Shown here one piece after another: positions 1 through 12,093 of a stretch of DNA of 64,000 nt. Below the pieces are notes generated by a model that ran no database searches, was not told the DNA's origin, and was given only the letters and a program-made list of their open reading frames with translations. Made by a program: the position numbers and the translations under genes. Each line of letters starts with the position of its first letter. Position 1 is the first letter of the stretch. The DNA is from Macrostomum hystrix (Eukaryota; Animalia; Platyhelminthes), in NCBI GenBank assembly GCA_950097015.1, contig CATNEN010000038.1:3534001-3598000 (forward strand). Direction: 5' to 3'.

Positions 1-374
1 CCTACAGTCTGATAGTGCATGTGTTCGCTAATCTATTAACAAAATAGGGCTGGACCAATCAGATTCAAGAAAGTTAATTGTTGACCGATTAGCTGCGGGC
101 GGAGAGTCATGGGTATGAAAAAAATTTTCTCTACCCCCTTCGACGCTTGAATCTGATTGGTGGAGGTGAGTAAGACAACTGTGCTGGAATGTACGCATAA
201 TCCAGATGACTACTGGCATTTTAAATAGGTAGCGTTGCACAACCGGGGGTCGGCTGGGCTATAGGTATGAAGTTAGTTAATTTTTTGGCTATTGTGGTGG
301 AAGCGCCAGGCTAAGTCCTAAAATCCGATTCGCACCACCCCACCAAACCAGCGCAACCCCCAGAGAAAATTGAC

Positions 375-380
375 TATAAA
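375..380 (+). promoter_or_regulatory. TATA box of the Gly/Tyr-rich gene
   Basis: TATAAA about 95 bp upstream of the ATG at 472. Confidence 0.55.
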
Positions 381-471
381 TTTGAAGGACCATCAGGCAC
401 TATCTTCCACATCAAGCGACAATCGACAATACTAAACTAACAATCGGCCAGACAACTTATCTACAACCATC

Positions 472-1032
472 ATGAAATTTCTGCTAGTCTCTGCAGCCCT
501 AATCGCTGTCGCCATGTGCGGCGGTAACGTTAAAGGCGGTAAGGGCTACGGCGGCGGTGGCTACGGCGGCGGTGGCTACGGCGGCGGTGGCTACGGCGGC
601 GGTGGTTACGGCGGCGGTGGCTACGGCGGCGGTGGCTACGGCGGCGGTGGCTACGGCGGCGGTGGCTACGGCGGCGGTGGCTTCGGCGGTGGCCACGGCG
701 GCCACGATGGCTATGGCTACGGCGACCACGACGGCTATGGCTACGGCAGCCACGACGGCTATGGCTACGGCGGCCACGACGATGGCTACGGCCCTGACTA
801 TGGCGTCGCCGATAGCGGCTACGGATACTTCGCCTATGACTATACTCCAAGCTACGGCTACGGCTACGATTCTGGCAAAAGCTACGGCGGCCCCAGCTAC
901 GCCGATGGCTACTCCGATAAGCAAGACGATGGCTACGGCTATGACCGCTACGATGTCTACCCCAATAGCGGCATTACTGGCAAAGGCTACGGCAAACCCA
1001 GCTCACAGGTTCATGGCTATCGCCGCCGTTAA
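472..1032 (+). CDS. Secreted Gly/Tyr-rich structural protein, eggshell/vitelline-type (186 aa, intronless)
   Basis: Hydrophobic signal peptide MKFLLVSAALIAVAMC, about 10 GGGGY repeats, then HDGYGY repeats and a Tyr/Asp/Lys-rich tail; strong GGC/TAC codon bias. The composition matches DOPA-crosslinked flatworm eggshell proteins. Confidence 0.85.
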   Translation: MKFLLVSAALIAVAMCGGNVKGGKGYGGGGYGGGGYGGGGYGGGGYGGGGYGGGGYGGGGYGGGGYGGGGFGGGHGGHDGYGYGDHDGYGYGSHDGYGYGGHDDGYGPDYGVADSGYGYFAYDYTPSYGYGYDSGKSYGGPSYADGYSDKQDDGYGYDRYDVYPNSGITGKGYGKPSSQVHGYRRR

Positions 1033-1708
1033 TAAACCAGCAGTTTGCCTGCTTCGGGTTAAGCTTTATAGCGCCTAAATGGAAGTGCTGCTCTGTTTAG
1101 CGAAATGTTTGCGATGGTTCAGTGTCCTGATTGTGAAATGGCTATTGTTTTTTTTCGAAAAATATACTTGTTTTCTATTTAAATCACTAAACTCATTTTT
1201 TTATCTTTATTTTGTTCCCAGTAAGAGTTAAGTCGATTTCACACGAGCGTTAAGTCCCTAATACACGCTCACGTAGACAAACTTATATTTTAGAGAAAAG
1301 TATTTTATATGAAAGTATTAAATATGCAGAAAACTGTAGTTACTATTTAAATTAACTTATTCATTTACAAAGTTCTGATTAAGTAAGGGATGAAGTTATT
1401 TAAGGGATAGGTACTTTCAAAATAAAAATATTCAAATTGGAAACTACATGTATTAGAAAATCAAACAATTCTGAATAACAAAATCACTATAACATAAAAT
1501 AAATGACAGCCATTGACAACTCATTAATTAATCAATATGTAAAATATATGAACGATTTAATGTAAACCGTAAAAGTTTTTTATATCAGGAATGTATCAGG
1601 AATTAAACACTTTGATTTAGTTTAAGAAAAGAAAATATATTTCAGACAATTCTAATTATTATTTTCTTAAGAGATAGAAACATCAACCAGTAAAACTAGT
1701 GAATTTGT

Positions 1709-4700
1709 TTAATTCCAAATGTCCGTAGGAAAGCCGCCTGACTGCTGCTGCTGCTGCTGATGCTGCTGCATTCCACCGAATGACATGCTTGACATTTGGC
1801 TTTGAATCTGAAGTGCAGATGGGAAGACATGGTTACTCAGTTACTTCAGTGTCTCAGCTGCCACTCCCACCGTTACTTCAGTGTCTCAGCTGCCACTCCC
1901 ACCGTTACTTCAGTGTCTCAGCTGCCACTCCCACCGTTACTTCAGTGTCTCAGCTGCCACTCCCACCGTTACTTCAGTGTCTCAGCTGCCACTCCCACCG
2001 TTACTTCAGTGTCTCAGCTGCCACTCCCACCGTTACTTCAGTGTCTCAGCTGCCACTCCCACCGTTACTTCAGTGTCTCAGCTGCCACTCCCACCGTTAC
2101 TTCAGTGTCTCAGCTGCCACTCCCACCGTTACTTCAGTGTCTCAGCTGCCACTCCCACCGTTACTTCAGTGTCTCAGCTGCCACTCCCACCGTTACTTCA
2201 GTGTCTCAGCTGCCACTCCCACCGTTACTTCAGTGTCTCAGCTGCCACTCCCACCGTTACTTCAGTGTCTCAGCTGCCACTCCCACCGTTACTTCAGTGT
2301 CTCAGCTGCCACTCCCACCGTTACTTCAGTGTCTCAGCTGCCACTCCCACAGTTACTTCAGTGTCTCAGCTGCCACTCCCACCGTTACTTCAGTGTCTCA
2401 GCTGCCACTCCCACCGTTACTTCAGTGTCTCAGCTGCCACTCCCACCGTTACTTCAGTGTCTCAGCTGCCACTCCCACCGTTACTTCAGTGTCTCAGCTG
2501 CCACTCCCACAGTTACTTCAGTGTCTCAGCTGCCACTCCCACCGTTACTTCAGTGTCTCAGCTGCCACTCCCACCGTTACTTCAGTGTCTCAGCTGCCAC
2601 TCCCACCGTTACTTCAGTGTCTCAGCTGCCACTCCCACCGTTACTTCAGTGTCTCAGCTGCCACTCCCACCGTTACTTCAGTGTCTCAGCTGCCACTCCC
2701 ACCGTTACTTCAGTGTCTCAGCTGCCACTCCCACCGTTACTTCAGTGTCTCAGCTGCCACTCCCACCGTTACTTCAGTGTCTCAGCTGCCACTCCCACCG
2801 TTACTTCAGTGTCTCAGCTGCCACTCCCACCGTTACTTCAGTGTCTCAGCTGCCACTCCCACCGTTACTTCAGTGTCTCAGCTGCCACTCCCACCGTTAC
2901 TTCAGTGTCATCTATACATAATAACAAAAAGCAATAAGTCTTACCTGTTGCAGGTAAGCAGCCTGATTTGGTGGCGTCGGATTGAAAATCTGATGCTGCT
3001 GCTGTGAAGAACCATGAAAATACTGTTGCTGTTGAGGCTGCTGCTGCTGCTGCCCCGACGAGTACAACAGAGTGCCGGCAGTCTGACTGTAGAGACCCTG
3101 AGACTGCATCATCTGCTGCTGATAGAACTGATGCTGTTGCTGCTGCTGCTGCTGGTACATAGCCGGTTGGCCCATAGTCAGCATTGGACTGCTAGCAGAA
3201 TAGTGCATGCCACCGGATGGCAGTGCCAGCTGCTGCTGTTGCCTGCCATACAGTGCCATAATAGAATCCTTGGCTGACACTTTGGGCACCGGAGCCGCCG
3301 CCGCGTCCGAGCCAGTCGGCCAGCCGCCGACTCCGCCACCGTCGACTCCATCGTTGCCGAAGATTAGGTCTGGATTAACGCGCGGCTGCTGCTGCTGATT
3401 GCCGTTATTGGCGACTGTCGGTGCCGCGGTGAAGCAGCCGAAATCGGAATCTGGCGATCCGGGCCCATGCTTACCAATGCTCCCAACGCTAGGCGCGGAG
3501 GTTAAATCCTCAACACCAATTAGAAGCAAATCCTGCGGCGGCTGCGGCTGCGGTGGAGCTGGCTGCTGCTGCTGTTGCTGTTGATGAGTCACCGGCTGCA
3601 AGGCTCCGCCGCCTGTCGCACTGGGCGGCGGAATAGGCGGCCTGGGCAGAGCGCTAACTCGCTGACTCGCAGCCTGTGTGTTGGCCTGGCCGCCAGATTT
3701 CACTAGGCTGTAAACAGAGGTTGGGTCCGGCCTGGGCGGCTTGAAATTGGCGATCAGATAGCGCCGATCCTCGTATTTTGCTTTGATGAACTGCTCCATG
3801 CCTGGCGGATGAGATCGCGATAGAAATGAGTTCCCGTATGGGATCTGAGCTAAAGATATCTGGGATCTTCTATGCAACATGAACATGAAAAGCGATCCGA
3901 GGACACAAAAAGGGATCTGAGGTCACGGAAAGGGATCTGAGGTCACGGAAAGGAATCTGAGGTCACGGAAAGGGATCTGAGGTAACTGAAAAGAATCTGA
4001 GGTCACGGAAAGGAATCTGAGGTCATGGAAAGGGATCTGAGGTCACGGAAAGGGATCTGAGGTAACTGAAAGGAATCTGAGGTCACTGAAAGGAATCTGA
4101 GGTCACTGAAAGGAATCTAAGGTCACTGAAAGGAACCTGAGGTCACTGAAAGGAACCTGAGGTCACTGAAAGGGATCTGATGTTACGGAAAGGGATCTGA
4201 TGTTATGGAAAGTGATCTGATGTTACGGAAAGGGATCTGATGTTATGGAAAGTGATCTGTGGTGAGGGAATGGGATCTGAGGTCACTGAAATTGATCTGA
4301 GAACTGTGTTCTGAGGTCTTAAAGGAACTAGCAAAATTAGGACATATGGGATCAGGGCAATGGGCAGTCACCAAGCAATGGCACCAAAGCTTCACTAACC
4401 AGCGTCGCTGTTTGGTCGCCGAAATCCGTTGGGCAAATTGGCCTCGTATGCGGCCCTGGCCAGAGTGTTGCCCATGGCGGCGACCCCAGCCACCTGGTCC
4501 AGGGTCCAGGAGTCCAAGTTGACGGACTTCACCTTGGAGATGTGTACGCCAAGCTTGCGATGGATGCCGGCGCACCTGATGCAGATGAACACTCCAATAT
4601 TCCAGCTGGCCCATCTGGGACTTTTAGCCTCGCAGTCGGCGCAGTATTTGTTGTCCTCCTCGCGCAGTAGCGAAGCCAGCGCCTCCTGCATCAAGTCTTT

Positions 4701-4784
4701 TTCCTTGTCTTTGTCGCTTCGACCAGCGGGAACCGTTGATCGGCCATTGCTGCTTCGCTGCTGCTGCTGCTGCAGATAACTCAT
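1709..4784 (-). CDS. SMAP1: Stromal membrane-associated protein (SMAP1/2-like ArfGAP), 3 exons, ~446 aa
   Basis: Exons 4784-4400, 3801-2945, 1807-1709 (GT-AG, frame-consistent). ArfGAP Zn finger CADC-x16-CIRC with catalytic Arg (GIHR), [18 protein letters not shown]; SMAP motif [11 protein letters not shown]; C-terminus TDIWN*. SMAP1 vs SMAP2 cannot be resolved. Confidence 0.9.
1839..2910. repeat. 32-bp minisatellite, ~33 near-identical copies, filling SMAP intron 2
   Basis: Unit CGTTACTTCAGTGTCTCAGCTGCCACTCCCAC. Confidence 0.97.
3893..4300. repeat. 20-bp minisatellite in SMAP intron 1
   Basis: Unit ~GGGATCTGAGGTCACGGAAA, degenerate at the edges. Confidence 0.92.
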
Positions 4785-7515
4785 TTGCTGGCGGGCTTAA
4801 CTTACTCAGAGCTGCAATTCATGCAAATTGAATCACTTTTTATCGATTGGTTTTTATTGGGTACTATTTGGAAACAAAGAAAACATTATTACTAGTTACC
4901 TGAATTAATATTTCAGGTAGTTAGATAAGATACTTGATAATAGGCAAACGCATTAGAACCTATAGATGAAGCTTGACTGCGGTATCTATAGGTTTAAATT
5001 GTGAGACTAGCAAATACTAAAATTAGTAAAGCTGACCATTCTTTATAACATTAGCACTCAGTTCAGGGCTTCCCTAGCCAATCAAGCAGCTTCTATCATT
5101 TGCTAACTGATAATTTATCCCACTTATAGGAGTGGACATAATGGCAAAAATAATCTGGTCAAAGCAGTTGAAAAGCAATAAAGAGATATGGTGCAATTTT
5201 TGAGCCAGAATATGAGATACACTGAATACAAAATGTAGAAGCTGTAAGTCTAAGAAAACTGTTTTTTTCTGCAGCTTTTTCAACTGTAAGATGGTCTATG
5301 CCAGAAAGGTATCTTACAAAATTCACAAACGTTAAGTTCCTGAGAACTTCCCTCAGACTAATAAATAAAAAATCAGCTTGTAATATGTTAAAAGCAACAA
5401 GAAATATCAGAAGTCTTATATGAAAACTGAATTCATAATTAAACTTATCCAACATTGTGATTTATTCTTTATTGCAATTTGAAATATAAAATAAATATGC
5501 ATAGTCTCATTAGAGATAAATTTATCTACAAAAATCTCAAACATGGTCCTAAACTAAAAACTATACTTTTAAATGATAATAAGCAAGTTAGAACCATTGA
5601 GATATGACTGAGACAAAATTGGGAGGCCTAAGCTATATCTATTAAAGTTGATTCAAAGTTAGGGTTAGGCCTACGAGATAAACTGGTCTACAGGAAAAGC
5701 CATTTTTAGAAATATCTGACACATTTGAAACATTTCCAAGCTCATGTTGGTAACCTTAAATTCCAATATGCCCTATGAATCTAAAGTACTATAGCAAAAA
5801 GTCAGTTTTTAGGCTATGAATTTTTAACAAAAAAACTTACTTGATCTGTCTAGGAATCTAGCTAGTAAGCTAAGAGCTTATAGTTACATATTATAGGTAG
5901 CTAAGCAAGATAAGCCCTAATGCCACTATTCATTTTTGTTTTAAGAGCTCAAGCCATAAACTAAAAATAAAATTACATAGGACTAAGGCCTAAATAAATT
6001 ATAAAAGTTACAAGCCTAGGTATTTAGTTAGCACTTGGTGCTGCTTTTTATACATAAATTTGATAAGATAATTCATTGACAAAGAAGATAAAACAAAAGT
6101 AAAAAAACCTAAGGACAACAGGAATCAAATATAATAGTAGGGCCTATATTGTCCTGATAACTATTTCAATGTTAGGCCTAGTTGCTCCAGGACAGATGTT
6201 CTGGGCCTACTTATTTTAAATATTTCTCTATGTTTTGCTAGTGCTTCAGTGGTTTCTCTGTTGTCTTGAGCCTCTTATGTACATTGGTTTTTCTTCTAGG
6301 CTAACTGTTTGGGACTTGAAATTAGGAGTTTTCGCTGAAATTTAGGGTTCCAAGCAAACAGGCATAGACATAACACTATAGCTAGGCCTATAGGCCCAGT
6401 CTGAGCTTACTAGCTAGCTACAAGCCTTCTGAATAGGCCTAGGCTCCAAGCAAGGGCAAGTGGAGAGATATACAATTAGTCATTTTAGTTAGGCCCTAAC
6501 TTTAGGCCTAGAGCTAAAATTTTAGTTGCCTAGCCTATCTGGTCAAAGCAAACAGTCCTATCCTATCATATGGTTAGCTAAGCTAGTCGTTTGATGGTTT
6601 GTGAGCTAATAATAGCCTAGCACATATTTGGCCTAAATAGGCTTATTAATAGGCCTAGGCCTAGCTTGCTTCAAATCAAATACTGTAGCAGTGTAGGCAC
6701 CTATTACATAAAGCAACTAAGTTATGTTCCCGCTAGTTATGTTCACTAAAAATGATTGAGTGACAATAGGCTAATCACACGATATTACAATACATTAATG
6801 CTCAGAGTACACTCCTTAAAAAAGGTGTAGCCATTTCTTTATGACGAAGATAGGCATGACGAATACCCCAGAGTTCTTGTAAAACATAGAAACCCTCAAC
6901 AATTTCTCACGGATTAGTTAATAATTCCAAGTTGCACGCGTAAACCAAATCTGTTTTTCTACATTTTTGTAACTTTAACTGCAACAATTAAGAGTACTGC
7001 GATTCTGCGAAAAAGAAACAAAAAATATTTCATATTGAATTAACGTATTTTATTCTCTCGATATACAAGTAAGCTGCATAGTGCATGGATTCAATGACGA
7101 TCGTGATACAGCTCTGGGATGGCATTCAAAGGCAAAAGCATAACAAAATTGTCAATTTTGTTCCATAAATTTAACTTCGAATTTAAATTACTTTTAAGAC
7201 TGTCAGGTTTTGTGCATTGAGCACTCCTGTCTTTTATACGCTCTAGACGATATGCATACAAATGTACATCAACAATTAGCTACTCTCTCTGATTTATCGG
7301 ATCCATCGCTTTACTTTCCCAGTCTGCTGCGCCGCCAGCTAAGTTGGGCTCTCTGTTGCTTTGAATTTTTGCGTTTTCCCTTGTCGCCACCGATCCGTGT
7401 TGCCACTGTGCAGCTCGTATTTCAAATTAAAGAAAGCGCAAGTACATCTCCCCTGACACTAGATTCATGCTTCACAGCACACAGAGAAAACAACAACAAC
7501 AAAACGCATCACAAC

Positions 7516-7597
7516 CAAGGACCACTAGCAGTAGACTAGTAGAGCAGGATAGTAGAGTAGAGGAGAGTAGGGGGAGGAGTTCTCCTAGTGGTCCTTG
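7516..7597. mobile_element. 82-bp MITE with CAAGG termini
   Basis: Perfect 13-bp TIR CAAGGACCACTAG/CTAGTGGTCCTTG; flanks ATCACAAC / ATCACAAG (7/8 TSD). Confidence 0.7.
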
Positions 7598-7759
7598 ATC
7601 ACAAGGGGAAAACGAAGAAGAAATGAAAACGGATTGATAAAATAAAATGTAAAATGACGCATAAGTCTGTGATGTCAGAAGGGCACATCTCGAGCAACTG
7701 CCAGCTTCCTGAAGCTCTCAATCACACTTATCACACTTGGTGCTCGCTAATTACGGCAT

Positions 7760-8200
7760 CTGCCAGCAGGCCATCCACGAAGCGCTTTCATGATTCCACG
7801 CGCACGATGTGTCCTGCCAGCTGCAGCCGCCGCCTAGGCTCTGGAGGGTCACTCTGAGTGGTCTATCAGGCCTGCACTTTGATAGAGGGCCGCGTTTGAG
7901 ACCCGCTCCGGGTAATTGATGCCAAAAGCGGCGCGCGCAGCAGGCCTGAGTGCGCTGCGTCTAGTCGGTATTCCAGCGACTCGGTGGCTGTCCATGCTTC
8001 AGCATTTTTGTAGAGCAGAACCGTCTTAACAACGAACTGGAAAATACGAGCACGGAGGCGGCCCGGCAGTTTGTCGCGCTGCGGATTACTGGGCGAATGG
8101 GCTGTGTGCTGCCAATGTGAGGCCCCTACGTGAAGATAGGTGAAGCTCGTGCAGCGAGGAAGGATGAATGTTTGCCCATCGGCGGCTTTGCACGTGAGAT
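7760..8200 (-). mobile_element. Decayed non-LTR retrotransposon fragment (C-terminal RT/thumb region, RTE-like)
   Basis: Frameshifted minus-strand translation: FTYL..., RARIFQFVVKTVLLY(K)NAEAWTATESLEYRLDAAHSGLLRA, FGINYPERVSNAALY, RRRLQLAGHIVR. These match the VLLYGxExW / RRLxxxGHxxR motifs of RTE-type LINE ORFs. Confidence 0.75.
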
Positions 8201-9295
8201 GACAGCTGGGAGAAGACTGAGAGAAGAGTTGAAAAGACCACGCCGGGTAATCTAAATACCAACTGCCTACTTCACGATAGCTTCCATACCGAATTCTCGT
8301 GAAAGTTCTATTAACTCTATGAATTTCGAACTAACTTTCAAAGCCGTCCGACGTCGAGATATTCAGCGATTGTTGTAGAAAGACCCTTAATGACACGGTC
8401 TACTAGAACTGTTGTGAACTCATAATGTGAATTTTTATGTTGAAAAGCAATGTTTTTTTCAATTATTTCAACTGACTACTGCGCTTCTCTTGTGAGTCGG
8501 ATTGTTAATTTTATTGAGTAATTTCTAGAACACACTTGCATTGCAGCGTTTCTGACAGAAGTCGATAAGTAGACAACCATATTTCATTCAGTACAGTACT
8601 ATAATCTACCGACATATACTAACTAACATTTAACACACAAAAAACATACTAAAGCAAGATGAAACCAAGGTTCAGCGCCGATAAAAAAGATTGGAGTCCT
8701 TCTGACGCTTGTTAATCTGCATTGTCTCTCGGTGCCGAAAGCTAGTGACTGAAAACGAGTGACTGTCTCGTGAGTGATAGAGGAAATTTTTTATGACGCT
8801 TTTTGACTATGTTGTTTAGCTCTCCGCGTACCATAAAGTGATAAAGCAGCTGGAGATAGTCCACTGGAGCGGAGAACCATCGTTCAGTTCAGTGAGTTGC
8901 TTTTTTCTGCTCCCGCAACCCCGTCCAATACGCGGCTAGCTTAATATTTTTTGTTTCTTGCTGGCTCGCTGCATTTGCTTCTGCTTTAGACGGAATCCAT
9001 TGTTACTGGTTACTAGACAGCCAGTGTCGCTTACGCTGCGCAACCAACTCCCAGCATCACAAAATCCCCTGCTTACCCACCCAGAGCCAGGTATTCAAAA
9101 TCATCCGCTTTCCAAGTAGCGTCTCAAAAATTATACTCATCGGCCTGCCCCCTCTATGAGCAGAAAACAATTAATTGGCTGAGTCCAAATCTATACGAGA
9201 GCGTTATTTTAGAGAGGGGCCGATTGTGAGGTGAGGGTAAACAGGAACTATCTGGGCTTATAAAAACTTACTCATCCCATAAAATTCCTAGTTGA

Positions 9296-9531
9296 TTGCC
9301 TTCCACCGCCCCACCTGAAAGCAATTACGACTGTTATCAGAGACACAGGGCGAGAGGAACAGCGCAAGAGAGAGGCAGCGAGATGCCTCCGCCACAGCGG
9401 CCTATAATAAAGTCTTCTACAGCAGCCGAGGCTCCGAACTGCCGACACTCCAGCCAGATCAACTGCATCGACTGTCGCTCCTACCAGTCAATAGTGCCTA
9501 GGCGAAGGACCTCTTCAGTTAACGGTCAGAC

Positions 9532-9562
<31 letters not shown>

Positions 9563-10306
9563 TCGAGACTATCCATCCAGTCATCAAACCTTCCTACAGC
9601 TGAAGACATTCTTGCGGCGCGGCTCCAGCGGTCGCTCCGTGTTACCTCTATGTCGGTGGTGGCATCTATCTCTATGATGCCTTTAAAACCGGCGCCGCGG
9701 GAGCCGCCTCAGCGTCGCTCGCTTCAGCGGTTGTCGGTTGCCGAGGTCAAGCAGCCTGAGCAACGTCGCCATTCGCAACCGACACCGCCTCCGCCGACGC
9801 CTCCTCCGCCAACACCACCGCCGCCGATATTCTCAAAAGAGACACCAAGAGCCCCCTCTGATGTGACGACTCCGCGACTTCGCCCTGCACCCGCCGACGA
9901 CGCGAGCAAATATCGCCGAAGCCACTTGGCTGCCGTGTCGGCCCGGAAGTCGCGCCAGTTCACCCGCATCCTGCGATTGCGTCAGAAACGTCGTCGTCAC
10001 ACAGGCGCAGCTGGTGATGCCAACGATCACGAGATAGACCAGCTGGTGGGTGCGACAACCGAAGCAGCGTTTGTGTCGTCCGCCGCCACCAATTCGCCAT
10101 TCTTCTCTTACTTCACTCCACTGCCGCGGTACAGAGAGCGCGAACGGGACATTCTCAGTCTGGTAAAGCCACCGAGGGACCGGTTTCGAGAGAGGATGCG
10201 GCGCAGCCGGCAGCCGACGGCCGCCGAGTTGGCCTACGGAGGCTTCGAGCCGGGCGACTTTCTCTACGAGCTCGCGGACAAGCGCAGTGGCGGCGGCAGC
10301 GGATGA
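9296..10306 (+). CDS. Uncharacterised low-complexity Pro/Arg/Ser/Gln-rich protein (first ATG ~9383; may be a spliced terminal exon)
   Basis: 1-kb GC-rich open frame within AT-rich flanks; polyQ and PTPPPP repeats; acceptor-like TTCCTAG just upstream (~9290); no recognised domain. Confidence 0.55.
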
Positions 10307-10694
10307 CTTGAGACTGCTCATCCAGAGTCTGAGCCCCTTCAGAATCTTAAATCGAGTCTCATACATATACTTAATGTCCAGCTCAGAAGCTAATTTTTGA
10401 AGTGCATCAAATTATCAAGCTTCTCCTCTACAAAACTATTTTTATCGAAACTCACTGTCCCGATAAACGCAAATGACTGCAAAATGTAATGATATATATA
10501 CAAATTTCCTTACTTACTATATTCCTCAATGTTTACAACTTCAAAGTTACACGTTTTCACTCGTAAATCTACTGGCCATGTTCAACCAATGTTCAGAAAA
10601 TTTATAGATAAAAAAAATAAATTACCTGTCACATTCTTGCAATGAAGAATCTGAAACTATATAACTGATATATAATAATATATAATGACAACAA

Positions 10695-10972
10695 TTAACT
10701 TTAATTTCTGGACCCAATTGGACCAGATGTGCAGCTGACAGCACAGCCGCAGCTATAGCATGCGAGGCCTATCTGCTCTGTTCAGTCCATCGACTGTGGA
10801 CGCCACACCCACCCTCAATGCTGGTACCCATTTAACAGCTGGGCGAAAAGAAAAATTGGAAGTGTCGAGTGGTTTGCTAGAGGTGACAAATTGTTCAAGT
10901 TCAGTTGGAAAAAAGATACTCCCGACCTTTGAGTCGTGAGTCCGACACCCAAACCACTAGGCTACAACCCAA
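10695..10972 (-). mobile_element. SINE family A (tRNA head, CORE-like), diverged copy
   Basis: Reverse complement of the 15191 element (GTTGTAGCCTAGTGG head; CAGCTGTTAAATGGGTACC; GCTGCACATCTGG tail). Confidence 0.8.
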
Positions 10973-11144
10973 TCCCATTACTACTCTATACCTACTCTAT
11001 ACTCTATGCTAACTGCTAGACATTGCCGCCATTTCCACGCATTGGAGGGTAGCACATTTCATGTCTGCTAGTCTGTCCAAGAGTCTGTTGAACAGACAGG
11101 GTCTTTCCCAGCCACTGGAACATCTTACGATGGCAGACATTACG

Positions 11145-11465
11145 ATGGCTGCGGACACTGGACCCGCAGCCAGCGAGGAGGCAATTCTGCCCATTTCGCT
11201 GACCCCTGAGCACACAAATACCGTAAGCAGGCATACGCTCACACAGGTGTGTACATCTGCCCTGACTTGCCCTGTCAGGCAGTGTACACTCTCACTGTGC
11301 CCTAACTCCCCGAGGTTGGCCCTTAAGGGCGTAAATTGCACGACAAGCCCCCAAGTCTTCCCTCCGCGGCTGCGCCCCAAATAAATGTGGCCTCGCCGCG
11401 GAATCGAACTTAGGTGCCGTGGTGCGAGAGGAAAATGCGTTAACCGCTCTGCCACCGACCCCTGA
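11145..11465 (-). mobile_element. SINE family B (tRNA head, hairpin-rich body)
   Basis: A box TGGCAGAGCGG, B box GTTCGATTCC; body shared with copies at 11720, 15640, 35555, 36590 and 38062. Confidence 0.85.
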
Positions 11466-11719
11466 GTTTGAGTAGTTAGTGTCGTCTGTAGCTGTCATAT
11501 TTGGTTGACAGACGCAATCATCAAAAGGCAGGCAATTTTAAACATTTTTGTTGTTGCAAACTAATGAGCTAGGAGGCATTGTAAGTTAAGTAACGAAACC
11601 TTTGCGCATCTCGTATATAGTATCATTATCGCCAAAGCGTCAAATATCAGTGACCTCAATGCGGAATTGGTTTGTTGCTACGGTACAATTGAAAGTTGTA
11701 AATAAAATGGCTTCAAATA

Positions 11720-12093
11720 GGAGGGTGGGTGGACGTGTCGTCTAACGCGTTTGCCTCTCGCACCAAGGTCCCTGAGCTCGAATCCGCGGCAGGATACATT
11801 ACATTGACTTGAGGCGCAGCCGCGGGGAGAAGGTTTGGGGGGCTTGTCACGCAGTTACTACGCCCTTGAGGACCAGTGTCGATGTCTATACACTGCATGA
11901 CGATGAGAAAGTCAGGGCAGATGCACACACCTGAGTGAGAGTGTGCCTGCGTATAGTATCTGTGTGCGCGTATGCTCAGGAGTAAGCGGAATTTGAGCAG
12001 AATGGACTCCTCGCGGCTGCGGGTCCAGTGTCACCAAAATGATGTGCCAGTGCCCGCATCCCAGCTGCAAAGATTACAAAGTGTTATTATTTC
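11720..12093 (+). mobile_element. SINE family B, full-length with 13-bp TSD
   Basis: Flanked by direct repeat ATGGCTTCAAATA (11707-11719 and 12094-12106); TTA-type tail. Confidence 0.85.

Noticed and set aside
499-1078. Alternative-frame and antisense ORFs over the Gly/Tyr gene (including a protamine-like RRSH ORF)
   Set aside because: Shadows of the GGC/TAC codon repeat; only the 472 frame has a signal peptide and TATA box.
1780-3007. Three long + strand ORFs (346-403 aa)
   Set aside because: Artefacts of a stop-free 32-bp repeat inside SMAP intron 2.
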